A DNA stretch of 64,000 bases, taken from positions 1 through 64,000 of IMG/VR virus record IMGVR_UViG_3300044825_001003; one strand, given 5' to 3'. Shown piece by piece: positions 24,906 to 34,705 of the stretch. The notes beneath the pieces are model-generated. The model was given only the letters and a program-made list of their open reading frames with translations, was not told the origin of the DNA and did no database searches. This stretch comes from a virus. Made by a program: the position numbers and the translations under genes. Within the stretch, counting starts at the first letter, position 1; every line of letters begins with the position of its first letter.

Positions 24906-27900
24906 ATGACGTTCTATAACTTAGTAAAAGTAGCGACTCTAACGACTGGGACTGGAACGGTTTCTCTTGGCTCCGCAGTTCCCGGCTTTATTACATTCTC
25001 TCAAGCCGGTGTTGTAAACGGATCTACGGTATCCTACGCAATCGAGGATGGGTTCAATCGAGAGGCCGGTACTGGTGTTTACAACTCATCGACTGGCACC
25101 CTTACCAGGAATGTCGTCACATCGACGAACTCGAATAACCCGATTGTCCTTTCTGGCAACGCAGTTGTTTTCATTACGCCACTAGCGGCGGATCTGAACT
25201 CGGCTACTACCGCCACTGCGAACACCCTGGCTCTCCGGGACGGTAGTGGTGTTTTAACGGCATCCGGCTTTAGCAACGGTACAAATAGCGCGGTTCTTGG
25301 TGGAAACAACCTAACAACAGCCGGGGCTGTCCCCTATGTGTCGGCAAGTGGTGTCCTGAATCAAGATGCCACGGCTCTGTTTTGGGATGCAGCGAACAAT
25401 CGGTTGGGGGTGGGGACGGCTAGCCCGGCGTTTCCTTTTGTCGTGAGTGATGGCTCCTCTACTGTAGAGGCTAATGCGGCTGGAGGGGCGGCGTTTCTTC
25501 AGTCTGGGAATTCTCCTTTGATTATCGGGAGCAGGAACACCGGGTTTGAGCTTCGCTTCCGCACAGAGGGAACCGAGGGAATGCGCCTTACCGCCACTAC
25601 TCGCAACCTCCTCATCGGTACTTCTACTGATGATGGGGCAAATAGACTGCAAGTATCGGGCAGCACCGGAACTGTTGGCGCTATTGTTCAAAACACCGTA
25701 AGCGGCGGGACGGCAAGGCTCACCCTTTCCAGTCAGTTTGCAAATAGCTACACCAACTCCTACATCGACTACAACCACGGAGCGCAGGCTCTAAAGTTTG
25801 TTTCCGGCAGATCGCTTCTCGGCTATCTCTCGTTCTTCACCTTGGATGTAACTTCCACAGAACAAGAGAGGATGCGACTGACCAACCCCGGCAACCTCCT
25901 CATCGGCACTACCACCGACTCCAACTTCAAGCTCGACGTAGGTTCCAGTGGAAGTGCTGGCACTTTCCGCGTCTACGACCAAGCCAGTCCTACCGGCGTG
26001 ACGAAACTGATAGTCCGGTCCGGGGCGGGGCAGGGTACGACAAACCTGACGGAGTGGCAGAATGTCAGCGGAACGCTTCTTTCCAGTATCTCTTCAAACG
26101 GGGGTTTTCGGGTTGGTAATGTAGTAACTCAAGGGGGTTTTTTTGATGTCCTTAATAATGCCAACTCTACCGTTCTAGGTCTGTGGGTCCGTAACGCAGA
26201 TTCTGGATCATCGGCTCAGGCTGGAATAGCTCTTAATTCGTTTGGCAATAGCTGGGGCATTGGGACTGGGAGTGCTGCTAAAAACTCCAATTCCCTTGTG
26301 TTTGAATTGGATGTCACTGCTCCTTCGGAGAAGATGCGGCTAACGACATCCGCTATCCTTTCCCTGCCGAATGCGGGCGTATACGGGTTCTCTTCAACTA
26401 CGTCATCTGGCGGGACCCTCGACCTCTCCCTCTCCCGCGCCTCTGCGGGTGTTCTTCAGGTAGGGGATGGGGGGAGTAATGCGAATGGGCAGATTAACGC
26501 AATCCGTTCTATTCTCACAGATACGGCTGCATCTGGAAACGTGCTGACTGTTTACAATAGCAACTTATCAAATCCAGGAGAACACATACGACTTGGATTT
26601 AATGACAATTATCGCTGGTCTTTGTCCAGGAACATCTCTTCTGGCAACCTTACATTTAGGTATCAAAATGTCGCCGTTAGCGCGACCCTAAATAGCGTTA
26701 TGGAGTTGGCTGAATCCGGCACCCTATCGCTGTACAACCAGACCCCCACTACCGGCGTAACCCGTGCCGTTATCCGCGCCGGGGCGGGGCAGAGTACAAA
26801 TAACCTGACGGAGTGGCAGAACGCGAGTGCGACTGTACTGTCCGGCGTTGCTTCTAACGGTAGCTTTTTTGTTCAAAATTTCGGCGGGCTATTTAACGCT
26901 GGCGGAAGTGCTGGGTTTTACGTTGGCTCAAATAGCTTTGCGATTCGTACTAATACCACCGATGACCGGCTTGTTGTCCAGTCTACGGGCATTGTGTCTT
27001 TCGGTGGGTCTACCGCCTCCTTCCCGGCGCTGAAGCGGTCTAGCACAACCCTAGAAGTAAGACTAGCTGATGACTCCGCTCTAACGGCCATCTCTGCCGG
27101 TCAGTCTACGTTTGATGGGCTAACGGTAGGGCGCGGTGCGGGGTCAGTTACAGATAACACTGCGGTTGGCCTAAACGCTCTTCAAGCTAACACAACCGGA
27201 ACCCAGAACTCTGCTTTTGGCAGGGGAGCTTTATTTACAAACTCAACTGGAAACTTCAATACGGCAATTGGGAGATTCTCTCTTTACTCCAATACGAGCG
27301 GTGGTGGGAATGTCGCCTTGGGTGGCGGTTCGCTATACACCAATACGACTGGTTCAGATAATACAGCAGGCGGCGTTAACGCTCTGTTTCTCAATCTAAC
27401 AGGGAGCAATAACACAGTATTTGGGACCAGCTCGATGTATAGCAATAGCAGTGGTTTGGATAACGCTGCTTTTGGGAATGGCTGTTTGATTTCAAACACA
27501 ACTGGATCAAGGAATGTAGCGGTTGGACTTGAAGCTGGATACACAGCCACTGCTGCCAACGCCAATACAACTGGTTCTAATAATGTGTGGATCGGATATC
27601 GGTCCGGCCCCGCATCCACTGTACAGCGGACCAACTCTGTAGCTATCGGATATCAAGCTCTGGTTGGTGCCGACAATGCTGGCGTCCTCGGTACTGCTGG
27701 GATGAAGTGGTCTGTCGGTGGTCAGACGGTGCCTAGTGCAACGCTACACGTTGAAAATACAAGCGCTTCGGTGACCGAAGCTACCAAATTGGTAGTAAAG
27801 GCCGCGACCAACCAGAGCACGACACCATTACAAGACTGGCAGAACAGTTCTGGTACTCAATTAGCTTTAGTTAGCAGCGTTGGTGCTATTAGGTCTGATA

Positions 27901-28970
27901 ATTTCGTAACGCTAAACTCTGATAACTGGAATGTGAATCAGGGTAATATGTCGTTCGCCAGTACTAGGCTGGTTGCTTGGTCAAACTCATCTACTGATTC
28001 CTATGGGACTAAGGATATTTCTCTTACTAGGGCCTCCGCTGGTGTTCTCCAGGTGGGGGATGGGGCGGCGAATGCGAACGGGACGGTCAATGCTAAGATA
28101 GCTAATTTCCTCTCTGCTGACTCTTCCGCAACAACCTTTACGACTGGAATTGCATCTCAAAGAGTACAGTTTTACTTTGACTCTGTGGTTCCAAGAAGTT
28201 CCCTATTGTTCCAGAATGGACGGTTTGAGATCTACGATCAAACCAGTGCTATTACCCGCCTCTTCATCCAGGCAACGACCGGAAATATTTCAATTGGCGG
28301 TGTGAATAACCCTTCGGACCCCAACTTTAAGCTCGACGTTGCCTCTTCCGGTTCTTCCGGTACTTTCCGCGTCTACGACCAGACCGCTCCTACCGGCGTA
28401 ACCCGCGCCGTTATCCGCGCCGGAGCAGGGCAGAGTACGACAAACCTGCAAGAGTGGCAGAATAGTGGCGGGGGGGTGATTACTTACATCGCTAATACTG
28501 GTGATATTGTCTCGACTGCTTCTATTCAATCTCCATTCTTTCTTGGGGCAGACAATTCTGCAGCGTATATTGTGCTAAGGGGGGCTGGCGGCGCTTCGGC
28601 TTTCGCTGGTTTGTCTCGGGGGCAGTCTCAATTTGCTGTCTTTAGCGATTATAAGATTGGCTTCCTCTCTGGAACGAATGTAAACGCAACCACTACCAGC
28701 GCCGATACAGCTATAGCGAGAAACGCTGCTGGCGTCCTTGAGATCAACAACGGAACCGCTGGCACCTACCGCGACCTGATCCTGCGCCGCTCTCAACACA
28801 ATGGCGTAACTGTATCCGCCCTCCCCGCCGCCGCCGCCGGAAACGCTGGCTCTATCCAGTACGTCACCGATGCCAACGCTACAACAATTGGATCGACGGT
28901 TGTTGGTGGTGGTGCTAACAAAGTCATGGTCTGGTCCGATGGGGCCGCATGGAAAATTTTCGCAAGCTAA
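24906..28970 (+). CDS. Modular tail fibre (1354 aa)
   Basis: G/S/T/A/N-rich; ERMRLT..GNLLIGTT repeats, NTAxG beta-roll repeats, recurring GAGQSTTNLxEWQN linkers. Confidence 0.88.
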   Translation: MTFYNLVKVATLTTGTGTVSLGSAVPGFITFSQAGVVNGSTVSYAIEDGFNREAGTGVYNSSTGTLTRNVVTSTNSNNPIVLSGNAVVFITPLAADLNSATTATANTLALRDGSGVLTASGFSNGTNSAVLGGNNLTTAGAVPYVSASGVLNQDATALFWDAANNRLGVGTASPAFPFVVSDGSSTVEANAAGGAAFLQSGNSPLIIGSRNTGFELRFRTEGTEGMRLTATTRNLLIGTSTDDGANRLQVSGSTGTVGAIVQNTVSGGTARLTLSSQFANSYTNSYIDYNHGAQALKFVSGRSLLGYLSFFTLDVTSTEQERMRLTNPGNLLIGTTTDSNFKLDVGSSGSAGTFRVYDQASPTGVTKLIVRSGAGQGTTNLTEWQNVSGTLLSSISSNGGFRVGNVVTQGGFFDVLNNANSTVLGLWVRNADSGSSAQAGIALNSFGNSWGIGTGSAAKNSNSLVFELDVTAPSEKMRLTTSAILSLPNAGVYGFSSTTSSGGTLDLSLSRASAGVLQVGDGGSNANGQINAIRSILTDTAASGNVLTVYNSNLSNPGEHIRLGFNDNYRWSLSRNISSGNLTFRYQNVAVSATLNSVMELAESGTLSLYNQTPTTGVTRAVIRAGAGQSTNNLTEWQNASATVLSGVASNGSFFVQNFGGLFNAGGSAGFYVGSNSFAIRTNTTDDRLVVQSTGIVSFGGSTASFPALKRSSTTLEVRLADDSALTAISAGQSTFDGLTVGRGAGSVTDNTAVGLNALQANTTGTQNSAFGRGALFTNSTGNFNTAIGRFSLYSNTSGGGNVALGGGSLYTNTTGSDNTAGGVNALFLNLTGSNNTVFGTSSMYSNSSGLDNAAFGNGCLISNTTGSRNVAVGLEAGYTATAANANTTGSNNVWIGYRSGPASTVQRTNSVAIGYQALVGADNAGVLGTAGMKWSVGGQTVPSATLHVENTSASVTEATKLVVKAATNQSTTPLQDWQNSSGTQLALVSSVGAIRSDNFVTLNSDNWNVNQGNMSFASTRLVAWSNSSTDSYGTKDISLTRASAGVLQVGDGAANANGTVNAKIANFLSADSSATTFTTGIASQRVQFYFDSVVPRSSLLFQNGRFEIYDQTSAITRLFIQATTGNISIGGVNNPSDPNFKLDVASSGSSGTFRVYDQTAPTGVTRAVIRAGAGQSTTNLQEWQNSGGGVITYIANTGDIVSTASIQSPFFLGADNSAAYIVLRGAGGASAFAGLSRGQSQFAVFSDYKIGFLSGTNVNATTTSADTAIARNAAGVLEINNGTAGTYRDLILRRSQHNGVTVSALPAAAAGNAGSIQYVTDANATTIGSTVVGGGANKVMVWSDGAAWKIFAS

Positions 28971-28978
28971 GGAAAAAC

Positions 28979-29359
28979 ATGCCTGAAAACACAACACCAA
29001 CAATCGTAAAGATTGGCACTACCCTGAAGTTTCACATGGAAGATGGTAGCGTCATTGAGCAGGATCTGAAGTCCGTCCCGCAGGAAGGAGTAGAGGCGAC
29101 CTTTAACTGGGTATCTTCGCAGACGAAGCCTAACCCGGAAGATCCAAGCGGTCCTCCGTGGAACAAGTGGCAGAACTCGGCAACAGATACGCCGATTGAT
29201 ATCGCCTGCAATTTCGCAGACGAACTCATCCTGCTACAGATCAAGCAGATCGTCTCCGTATGCCCTCCCGCATCGGTAGTAGCCGCCAAGGAAGATCTAG
29301 CAGCCGCCGAAGTTGCATACCAAGAGTCACTTAAGAAAGCCTGCGGCCTAGTCGAATAA
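28979..29359 (+). CDS. Hypothetical protein (possible fibre chaperone)
   Basis: Acidic; directly follows the fibre gene. Confidence 0.6.
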   Translation: MPENTTPTIVKIGTTLKFHMEDGSVIEQDLKSVPQEGVEATFNWVSSQTKPNPEDPSGPPWNKWQNSATDTPIDIACNFADELILLQIKQIVSVCPPASVVAAKEDLAAAEVAYQESLKKACGLVE

Positions 29360-29374
29360 CCAGTAGGGAGACTT

Positions 29375-29737
29375 ATGTTAGGTCATTCACCAGTTTCATC
29401 AGCAGCGATTGGAGAAAGCCCAGAGGGACAGGTCCGGTATCGGTTCCTCTTGGCTACTGCAAATTCGGTAGCTACTGTAACTAGAAGCCTAATCAATAAG
29501 TTCCTTACGGTGACATCGACATCCACCGCCTCAATCTCTAAGGTTACCGCCAAGATATTGAGCGCGGTGTCTACCTCAACCGCAGTCATTTCTAAGGGAG
29601 TAAGGTTGATTCGCCTAGCCGTATCGACCGCAGTTTCAACCTTACTCACTCTCTTTAAGCCATTCCCGGTTCTAGGGGTTAGGATTAGGATCTTAGACGA
29701 TCCTAGATTTATAAAGATCAAGAAACGCAGAGAGTAA
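29375..29737 (+). CDS. Hypothetical S/T/A-rich repeat protein
   Basis: MLGHSPVSSAAIG start; K.L.A.S.STA.I.K repeats. Confidence 0.6.
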   Translation: MLGHSPVSSAAIGESPEGQVRYRFLLATANSVATVTRSLINKFLTVTSTSTASISKVTAKILSAVSTSTAVISKGVRLIRLAVSTAVSTLLTLFKPFPVLGVRIRILDDPRFIKIKKRRE

Positions 29738-29757
29738 TCTCTGGCATACTGGTAAAC

Positions 29758-30252
29758 ATGGAAAACAAAAAGCCAAAGCTAGTCCCTAGCGCAATCGAAA
29801 TGCCGTCCACGCAGAGGAATAATCTGGTAAACATGCTGAACCAGAGCCTCGCTGATTTAACCGACTTAAAGACCCACGCCAAGCAAGCCCACTGGAACGT
29901 GCAAGGGGAGAACTTCACCACCTACCATAAGCTGTTTGATAAGGTGGCAGAAGAGGCCGATAGCGCTGCTGATCTAGCAGCTGAGCGCTGCGCCCAGATC
30001 GGTGGATTCGTCCATGGCCGACTGTCGGACGCCGCTAAAAACACGACCGTACCTGCGTTCCCTGAGGGTATTACCCAGGATCACAAGTGCCTAGAAGCCG
30101 TGCTTAACAGCTTGTCTCATGTGGTTGAGCAGTGCCGTAGGAATATCGAAGACGCAGAGGACAATGGCGACTACGCTACGTCTGATATGTATATCGACAT
30201 CACTCGCGGACTTGATAAGCTTCTGTGGATGGTAAACGCCTCTAGCCTATAG
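29758..30252 (+). CDS. dps: Dps (DNA protection during starvation, mini-ferritin)
   Basis: KQAHWNVQGENFTTYHKLFD, DLAAERCAQIGG and LDKLLWMV ferroxidase signatures. Confidence 0.95.
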   Translation: MENKKPKLVPSAIEMPSTQRNNLVNMLNQSLADLTDLKTHAKQAHWNVQGENFTTYHKLFDKVAEEADSAADLAAERCAQIGGFVHGRLSDAAKNTTVPAFPEGITQDHKCLEAVLNSLSHVVEQCRRNIEDAEDNGDYATSDMYIDITRGLDKLLWMVNASSL

Positions 30253-30255
30253 CGC

Positions 30256-30284
30256 TTGACACGTCGCTGGTAGATTTGTAGAAT
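30256..30284 (+). promoter_or_regulatory. Near-consensus sigma70 promoter
   Basis: TTGACA-17 nt-TAGAAT, 8 nt before ATG 30293. Confidence 0.75.
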
Positions 30285-30292
30285 AGTAAAAC

Positions 30293-30694
30293 ATGGCGCA
30301 AACAGGATACATCTTCATTAGGAACGGGACTCCTATCCCTGAGAACAACGAGTATTATCGGCTAAACGGAGAGATGAAAAAGGCGGAAAAAACTGGAATC
30401 CGCCCACTTCATGCATCTATTTACATGAAATGGGAAGATTACATCCGCCCTTCTAGCGACCCCGTGTGCATTGAAATGGAAGACTATTTTGGAAACCTTA
30501 AAATCAGAATTGACGCTAATGATGACGGCATTATGACCGTGGCGTTTCCCAATGCTGAGATCATCGAGACTGAAGACGGGCCCATGATGGGCTTTCGTTG
30601 TGATGTAAATGCGGCCATGTGGATTGGCGGCGCGATTGTCAGCGCTGCTTTTGAATATGCAACTGGCGGTGGAGAAGAGGACGACGATGAATGA
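30293..30694 (+). CDS. Hypothetical protein
   Basis: ORF downstream of the consensus promoter. Confidence 0.65.
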   Translation: MAQTGYIFIRNGTPIPENNEYYRLNGEMKKAEKTGIRPLHASIYMKWEDYIRPSSDPVCIEMEDYFGNLKIRIDANDDGIMTVAFPNAEIIETEDGPMMGFRCDVNAAMWIGGAIVSAAFEYATGGGEEDDDE

Positions 30695-31034
30695 AGAGAA
30701 GATGTCTCTTGAAGAAGTAAACGCGGCGATTGATGAGGGTATTGAGATTTGCGCTGAAGCTGAAGAGTCTTTTCCTGTTTACAACGGGATCATGCACAAG
30801 CTTCTTTCTGTCTCTCCGATAATCACAATGATCTTAGCAGTCCTCATCTCAAGGATGGGCTCTCCAGGGATCGAGGCAGAATTAAAGAGTTGGGGACTTC
30901 TTATCTCAAGCCTGTTGATCTGGGCCGTTTGTAATGTAATTAGCCTATTCTACTACGTGAAGAATAGCCTTGAAGTGTACGAACTAATTGCTCTGAAAGA
31001 GGAAATGTTGAATGAGTCTAAAGATTCAGTTTGA
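30687..31034 (+). CDS. Two-helix membrane protein
   Basis: Two hydrophobic segments. Confidence 0.6.
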   Translation: MNEEKMSLEEVNAAIDEGIEICAEAEESFPVYNGIMHKLLSVSPIITMILAVLISRMGSPGIEAELKSWGLLISSLLIWAVCNVISLFYYVKNSLEVYELIALKEEMLNESKDSV

Positions 31035-31515
31035 ATTGATTCACCCGGACGCCGTTGAACCGATGAAGGCGAATGAGTCGGACGCGGCTTTTGATCTCGT
31101 TGCGGTGTCTTTTGAAAAGAAAGACTTTACCGTGATCGCCCATACCGGGATTAAGATGGCCCTGCCCCCAGGATACGAGGCGCAAGTTCGCGCCCGTTCT
31201 GGCCTAGCAGCTAAGGGGATTGTTGTTGCTAATTCCCCTGGGACTATCGACTCTGGATATCGCGGCGAGATCATGGTAATCCTCGGGTCGCTTACTGGCA
31301 TCCCTCCGTTCCAGACTGGCGAGATGAATAAGTGTATTCAGTGCGGCAATACCATGCTTGAACCTGGGGACCGCGTGGCTCAGCTTGTCATTCAGCCTGT
31401 GCTTGATATTGAATTCGAGGAGGTTGAGACAGTTTCTGAGGACACTGACCGTGGTGCCGATGGCATTGGATCGACCGGCGTTCGCGGCAAGAAGAGCAAG
31501 AAAGCCGAAGGATGA
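31012..31515 (+). CDS. dut: dUTPase (trimeric)
   Basis: AAFDL, RSGLA, GTIDSGYRGEI, RVAQLV, RGADGIGSTG. Confidence 0.95.
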   Translation: MSLKIQFELIHPDAVEPMKANESDAAFDLVAVSFEKKDFTVIAHTGIKMALPPGYEAQVRARSGLAAKGIVVANSPGTIDSGYRGEIMVILGSLTGIPPFQTGEMNKCIQCGNTMLEPGDRVAQLVIQPVLDIEFEEVETVSEDTDRGADGIGSTGVRGKKSKKAEG

Positions 31516-31919
31516 AGCGTCATGAAAAGCGTATCAGCGCCTTGCTAGAGATAGCCAAGGGCGTTGATAAGGTTGGCGCTGGCAAGCTTGCGGCGGGGAT
31601 CTGGTTCAAGGGCGTAATGATTGCGGTTGGGGTGAATAGCTTAAAAAGCCACCCCATTCAAAAGAAGTTCAGCTCTAATCCTCACAGGATCTATCTTCAT
31701 GCCGAGACAGACGCTTTAGTTAAAGCAAGCAAGATGATCTCCGACTTTAGCGACACCTACATGTATGTCGTAAGAGTGAAGAAGGGACCGGACGGAGGGC
31801 ATATCCCCGCCCTAGCGAAACCCTGTGACGGATGCATGGGATTGATTTACCACTATGCACCTAAAGGGGTTTTCTGGACTACTGATTCAGGAGTAATTGC
31901 CTACCAAGGAGTTGTTTGA
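31512..31919 (+). CDS. Zn-dependent cytidine/dCMP deaminase-fold protein
   Basis: LHAETDA and AKPCDGC motifs. Confidence 0.82.
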   Translation: MKRHEKRISALLEIAKGVDKVGAGKLAAGIWFKGVMIAVGVNSLKSHPIQKKFSSNPHRIYLHAETDALVKASKMISDFSDTYMYVVRVKKGPDGGHIPALAKPCDGCMGLIYHYAPKGVFWTTDSGVIAYQGVV

Positions 31920-32075
31920 TGTACGTTCAAGCCGATGATGTAAAAGACAAGATCCCTATTTCAGAGTCTGTCCGTAAACTGGAAGAAGCTTTCCCGCACC
32001 TTAAAGACGTAAAGTGGAACGAGAAAGCAGATTTAATCGCCCGAGAAAGAAAGAGAAAGTTGGAAAGGAAAAAGA

Positions 32076-32471
32076 ATGTCAAAGTCAGTGAATAAGTGGA
32101 TTGGAGTTGGGACGATTGGCCGTGATGCAGAGGTTCAGCACACCCCTAGCGGGTCTTCGGTAACTAAGTTCTCTATCGCGACAAGCTATCGCTATAAGAA
32201 GAATAACGAGTACGTCGAAGATACCGACTGGCACAATATTGTCGCGTGGAACAAGGAAGCGGTAGCACCGTACCTGACAAAAGGAACAAAGGTTTATGTT
32301 GAGGGACGATATACTACTCGATCTTATCAGGACAAAAACGGAGACAAGAAATATACTTCCGAAGTTGTTTGCGACGATATTGTTCTACTGGGCGGTAACA
32401 AAGCCTCAGCGGAAAACTCGCAGAGGCAGGTAGCTTCATCCGCTGCTTTTGATGATGACACTCCGTTCTAA
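32076..32471 (+). CDS. ssb: Single-stranded DNA-binding protein
   Basis: VNKWIGVGTIGRDAE, TDWHNIVAW, KGTKVYVEGR; C-terminal DDDTPF tip. Confidence 0.95.
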   Translation: MSKSVNKWIGVGTIGRDAEVQHTPSGSSVTKFSIATSYRYKKNNEYVEDTDWHNIVAWNKEAVAPYLTKGTKVYVEGRYTTRSYQDKNGDKKYTSEVVCDDIVLLGGNKASAENSQRQVASSAAFDDDTPF

Positions 32472-32511
32472 ATAGCAAAGTCTTTATGTGCTAACCTGTA
32501 AGCATAGTTGC

Positions 32512-32736
32512 ATGTCATTTACCGTCTCCGCTCCGTTTACGGACGAACAGCAGAAAAGCATTAACACATACCAGCGAGATGGCCGATGGCCGATGCTGAT
32601 GTGTGGATGTGGTGGTAGGCTGTACGGCAGGGAAGATGGTTTGGTATGCAACTCATGCTTTAAGGTAGATCCAACGTGCCCTAAGTTTGTAACGAATTGG
32701 ACTTGGAGCATGTTTAAGGTAGATCAAGGAAGATGA
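32512..32736 (+). CDS. Small Cys-containing hypothetical protein
   Basis: APFTDEQQKSINTYQ...CGC...CNSC. Confidence 0.55.
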   Translation: MSFTVSAPFTDEQQKSINTYQRDGRWPMLMCGCGGRLYGREDGLVCNSCFKVDPTCPKFVTNWTWSMFKVDQGR

Positions 32737-32740
32737 TTTA

Positions 32741-33046
32741 ATGGAGACTTTGAATCTTGCAGTATTAAGTGGTAACGTAGGCGCTGATGCGTCTGTTTTT
32801 TATGTGGACTCGGTTGAGTGGTGCTCTTTCCCGCTTGTCACGTTTCGGATGATTAAGAACGACTCGGGCAAGGTCAAGGTAAAGGAAGAGCATGTCGTCT
32901 CAGTGTGTCGGCCTGGGACGATTACGAAATATCTGACAAAAGGAAAGTCAGTTATTGTCCAGGGACGAGTAGCTCCTCTTGGCGCAGGCCATAACGTAGT
33001 GGCAACATCAATTACGTTCCCTGGTAATCGAGGACAGGATGCCTGA
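32741..33046 (+). CDS. Second, tailless SSB-like OB-fold protein
   Basis: LNLAVLSGNVGAD, YLTKGKSVIVQGR; no acidic tail. Confidence 0.75.
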   Translation: METLNLAVLSGNVGADASVFYVDSVEWCSFPLVTFRMIKNDSGKVKVKEEHVVSVCRPGTITKYLTKGKSVIVQGRVAPLGAGHNVVATSITFPGNRGQDA

Positions 33047-33491
33047 TCTATACGGCTTTACTACCGGAATTGCAGTTTGCGCCGCAATTTACGGCATCCG
33101 TGTGGCTTATTTGAAATTCAAAGAGATCGCTGATTCTATGAAGGAAGCCGCCGCTCTCTCTCAGAAGGTAAATGAATTATCAATTGAGCTAATTAAGAAG
33201 ATCGACATCTTTGAGAAGGCCGCTTCCGACAATGATAAAGCGGCCAATTCGATTGCTAAGAGCGCCGTCCAGATGCAGGACATGCTGGTGGAGATCAAGG
33301 CAATCATGATGCCAGATCCGCCAGATCAAGAACAGGTAAGCATCCCCCAATTACAGGGATCTTTCCTGAGCATTCAAAACGAACTACTTGCGCAAGGGCT
33401 TGATCCAGAAACAGCGAAGTGGAAAGCCGCAGACTACGAACTTGAAAAGATTGCCAACGGCGATCTATCAGAAATCAGCATGTCTCTTTGA
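33039..33491 (+). CDS. Membrane-anchored coiled-coil protein
   Basis: N-terminal hydrophobic helix followed by heptads. Confidence 0.65.
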   Translation: MPDLYGFTTGIAVCAAIYGIRVAYLKFKEIADSMKEAAALSQKVNELSIELIKKIDIFEKAASDNDKAANSIAKSAVQMQDMLVEIKAIMMPDPPDQEQVSIPQLQGSFLSIQNELLAQGLDPETAKWKAADYELEKIANGDLSEISMSL

Positions 33492-33500
33492 GAGGTAAAG

Positions 33501-34082
33501 ATGAAGAATGTAATTGTCAAAGCACTAACCAAGGCGGACCAGCTTAGCTTGTCTCCGGATCAAGCAGCCGATCTGGTTCTTGAATATATGGAGATCGCTA
33601 ATGAGTTGGCAGGTGTATCGCCAGCCCAGATTCCAACGCCTCCTCCACCGCCGCCTCCCCCGCCTGTGGTCAAGTCGAAACCAATCGACATTAACCGCAC
33701 GATGAAAAAGAATCCGAATTCACCGGCATGGAAGACCGACGACCTTTATAAGTACCTGAGCAATATCGACCTTGCTATTACGGTCACACCAGAGGGCTGG
33801 GAAAGATCGTTGGATTTTCGTTGTGGACTCGTTAAAGATCCCAACGGAATGAAGGGCGTAGGTCTTATATTCCAGGCTGTTGAGCATCCAGAGTTTAAGA
33901 TGAACTATTTCTTCTCTAATGAGAATGAAGTGGTTGATACGGACGAGGCCCTGGAAGAAGTGTCTAAGTCTATCAGTAACGTACTTCGACGAGTTGATAA
34001 GCCTATCGCAAACTCGACTGTCCCGCTCAGGGCTGTTCCGTCCGACATTGCTTCAATGGCTGGGTTTAGCGCCAGCGTCTAA
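33501..34082 (+). CDS. Hypothetical protein with a poly-proline linker
   Basis: PTPPPPPPPPP linker; RBS GAGG. Confidence 0.7.
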   Translation: MKNVIVKALTKADQLSLSPDQAADLVLEYMEIANELAGVSPAQIPTPPPPPPPPPVVKSKPIDINRTMKKNPNSPAWKTDDLYKYLSNIDLAITVTPEGWERSLDFRCGLVKDPNGMKGVGLIFQAVEHPEFKMNYFFSNENEVVDTDEALEEVSKSISNVLRRVDKPIANSTVPLRAVPSDIASMAGFSASV

Positions 34083-34126
34083 AAAAGTAGCTATTGAGGG
34101 TGTGCGTCCTTTATCATTTAATCAGG

Positions 34127-34705
34127 ATGCGCACCCTAATTCTTTTCCTATTATCAATTGCGGGTCTTTATGCCCAGACCTCGCCGGAGTACACGCAGTC
34201 TGCCGCTCCACCCACCACCCCGTACACGTCCCTATTTTTCCGCGACGGCTCTAACAATACAGAGTACGTCTGCAAGGCGCTGACCAACCAACCAGTGTAT
34301 GTGTGGTATGCCGCAGGCGCGTCTCCTGTTCTGGCATCTATTGTCGATTCGACAAACACGGCCACTGCGACAACCGCAGCCAACCACGGCCTGCTTGTTG
34401 GTAATAAGATTCAGATTGTTGGTGTCACTACTGACGTAGATCTAAATAAGACCTATGTTATTGCATCCGTACCCAGCGATACTACGTTCACATTTACAAC
34501 TGCTAATGTGACAGATGGAACATATAACGGTACATCTGACGCAGCCATGCAGATGTGGTCGAATGCTCCGCGAACCACTGCTTCTATCTGGTCTATTCAG
34601 CGCAACTTCTACACTGCAACTTATATTGACAGGACAGCTTGGGCTGACGGCACAACCGCTTCTATCAATATCTGCGCGAATCGGACTACTTATGGGTACA
34701 ACTAA
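34127..34705 (+). CDS. Signal-peptide-bearing protein with a virion-type beta domain
   Basis: MRTLILFLLSIAGLYA|Q; contains TATTAANHGLLVGNKIQI..LNKTYVI...TTFTF. Confidence 0.75.
   Translation: MRTLILFLLSIAGLYAQTSPEYTQSAAPPTTPYTSLFFRDGSNNTEYVCKALTNQPVYVWYAAGASPVLASIVDSTNTATATTAANHGLLVGNKIQIVGVTTDVDLNKTYVIASVPSDTTFTFTTANVTDGTYNGTSDAAMQMWSNAPRTTASIWSIQRNFYTATYIDRTAWADGTTASINICANRTTYGYN

Noticed and set aside
24906-28970. Diversity-generating retroelement or shufflon acting on the fibre
   Set aside because: No reverse transcriptase or invertase; the repeat differences are not adenine-specific.
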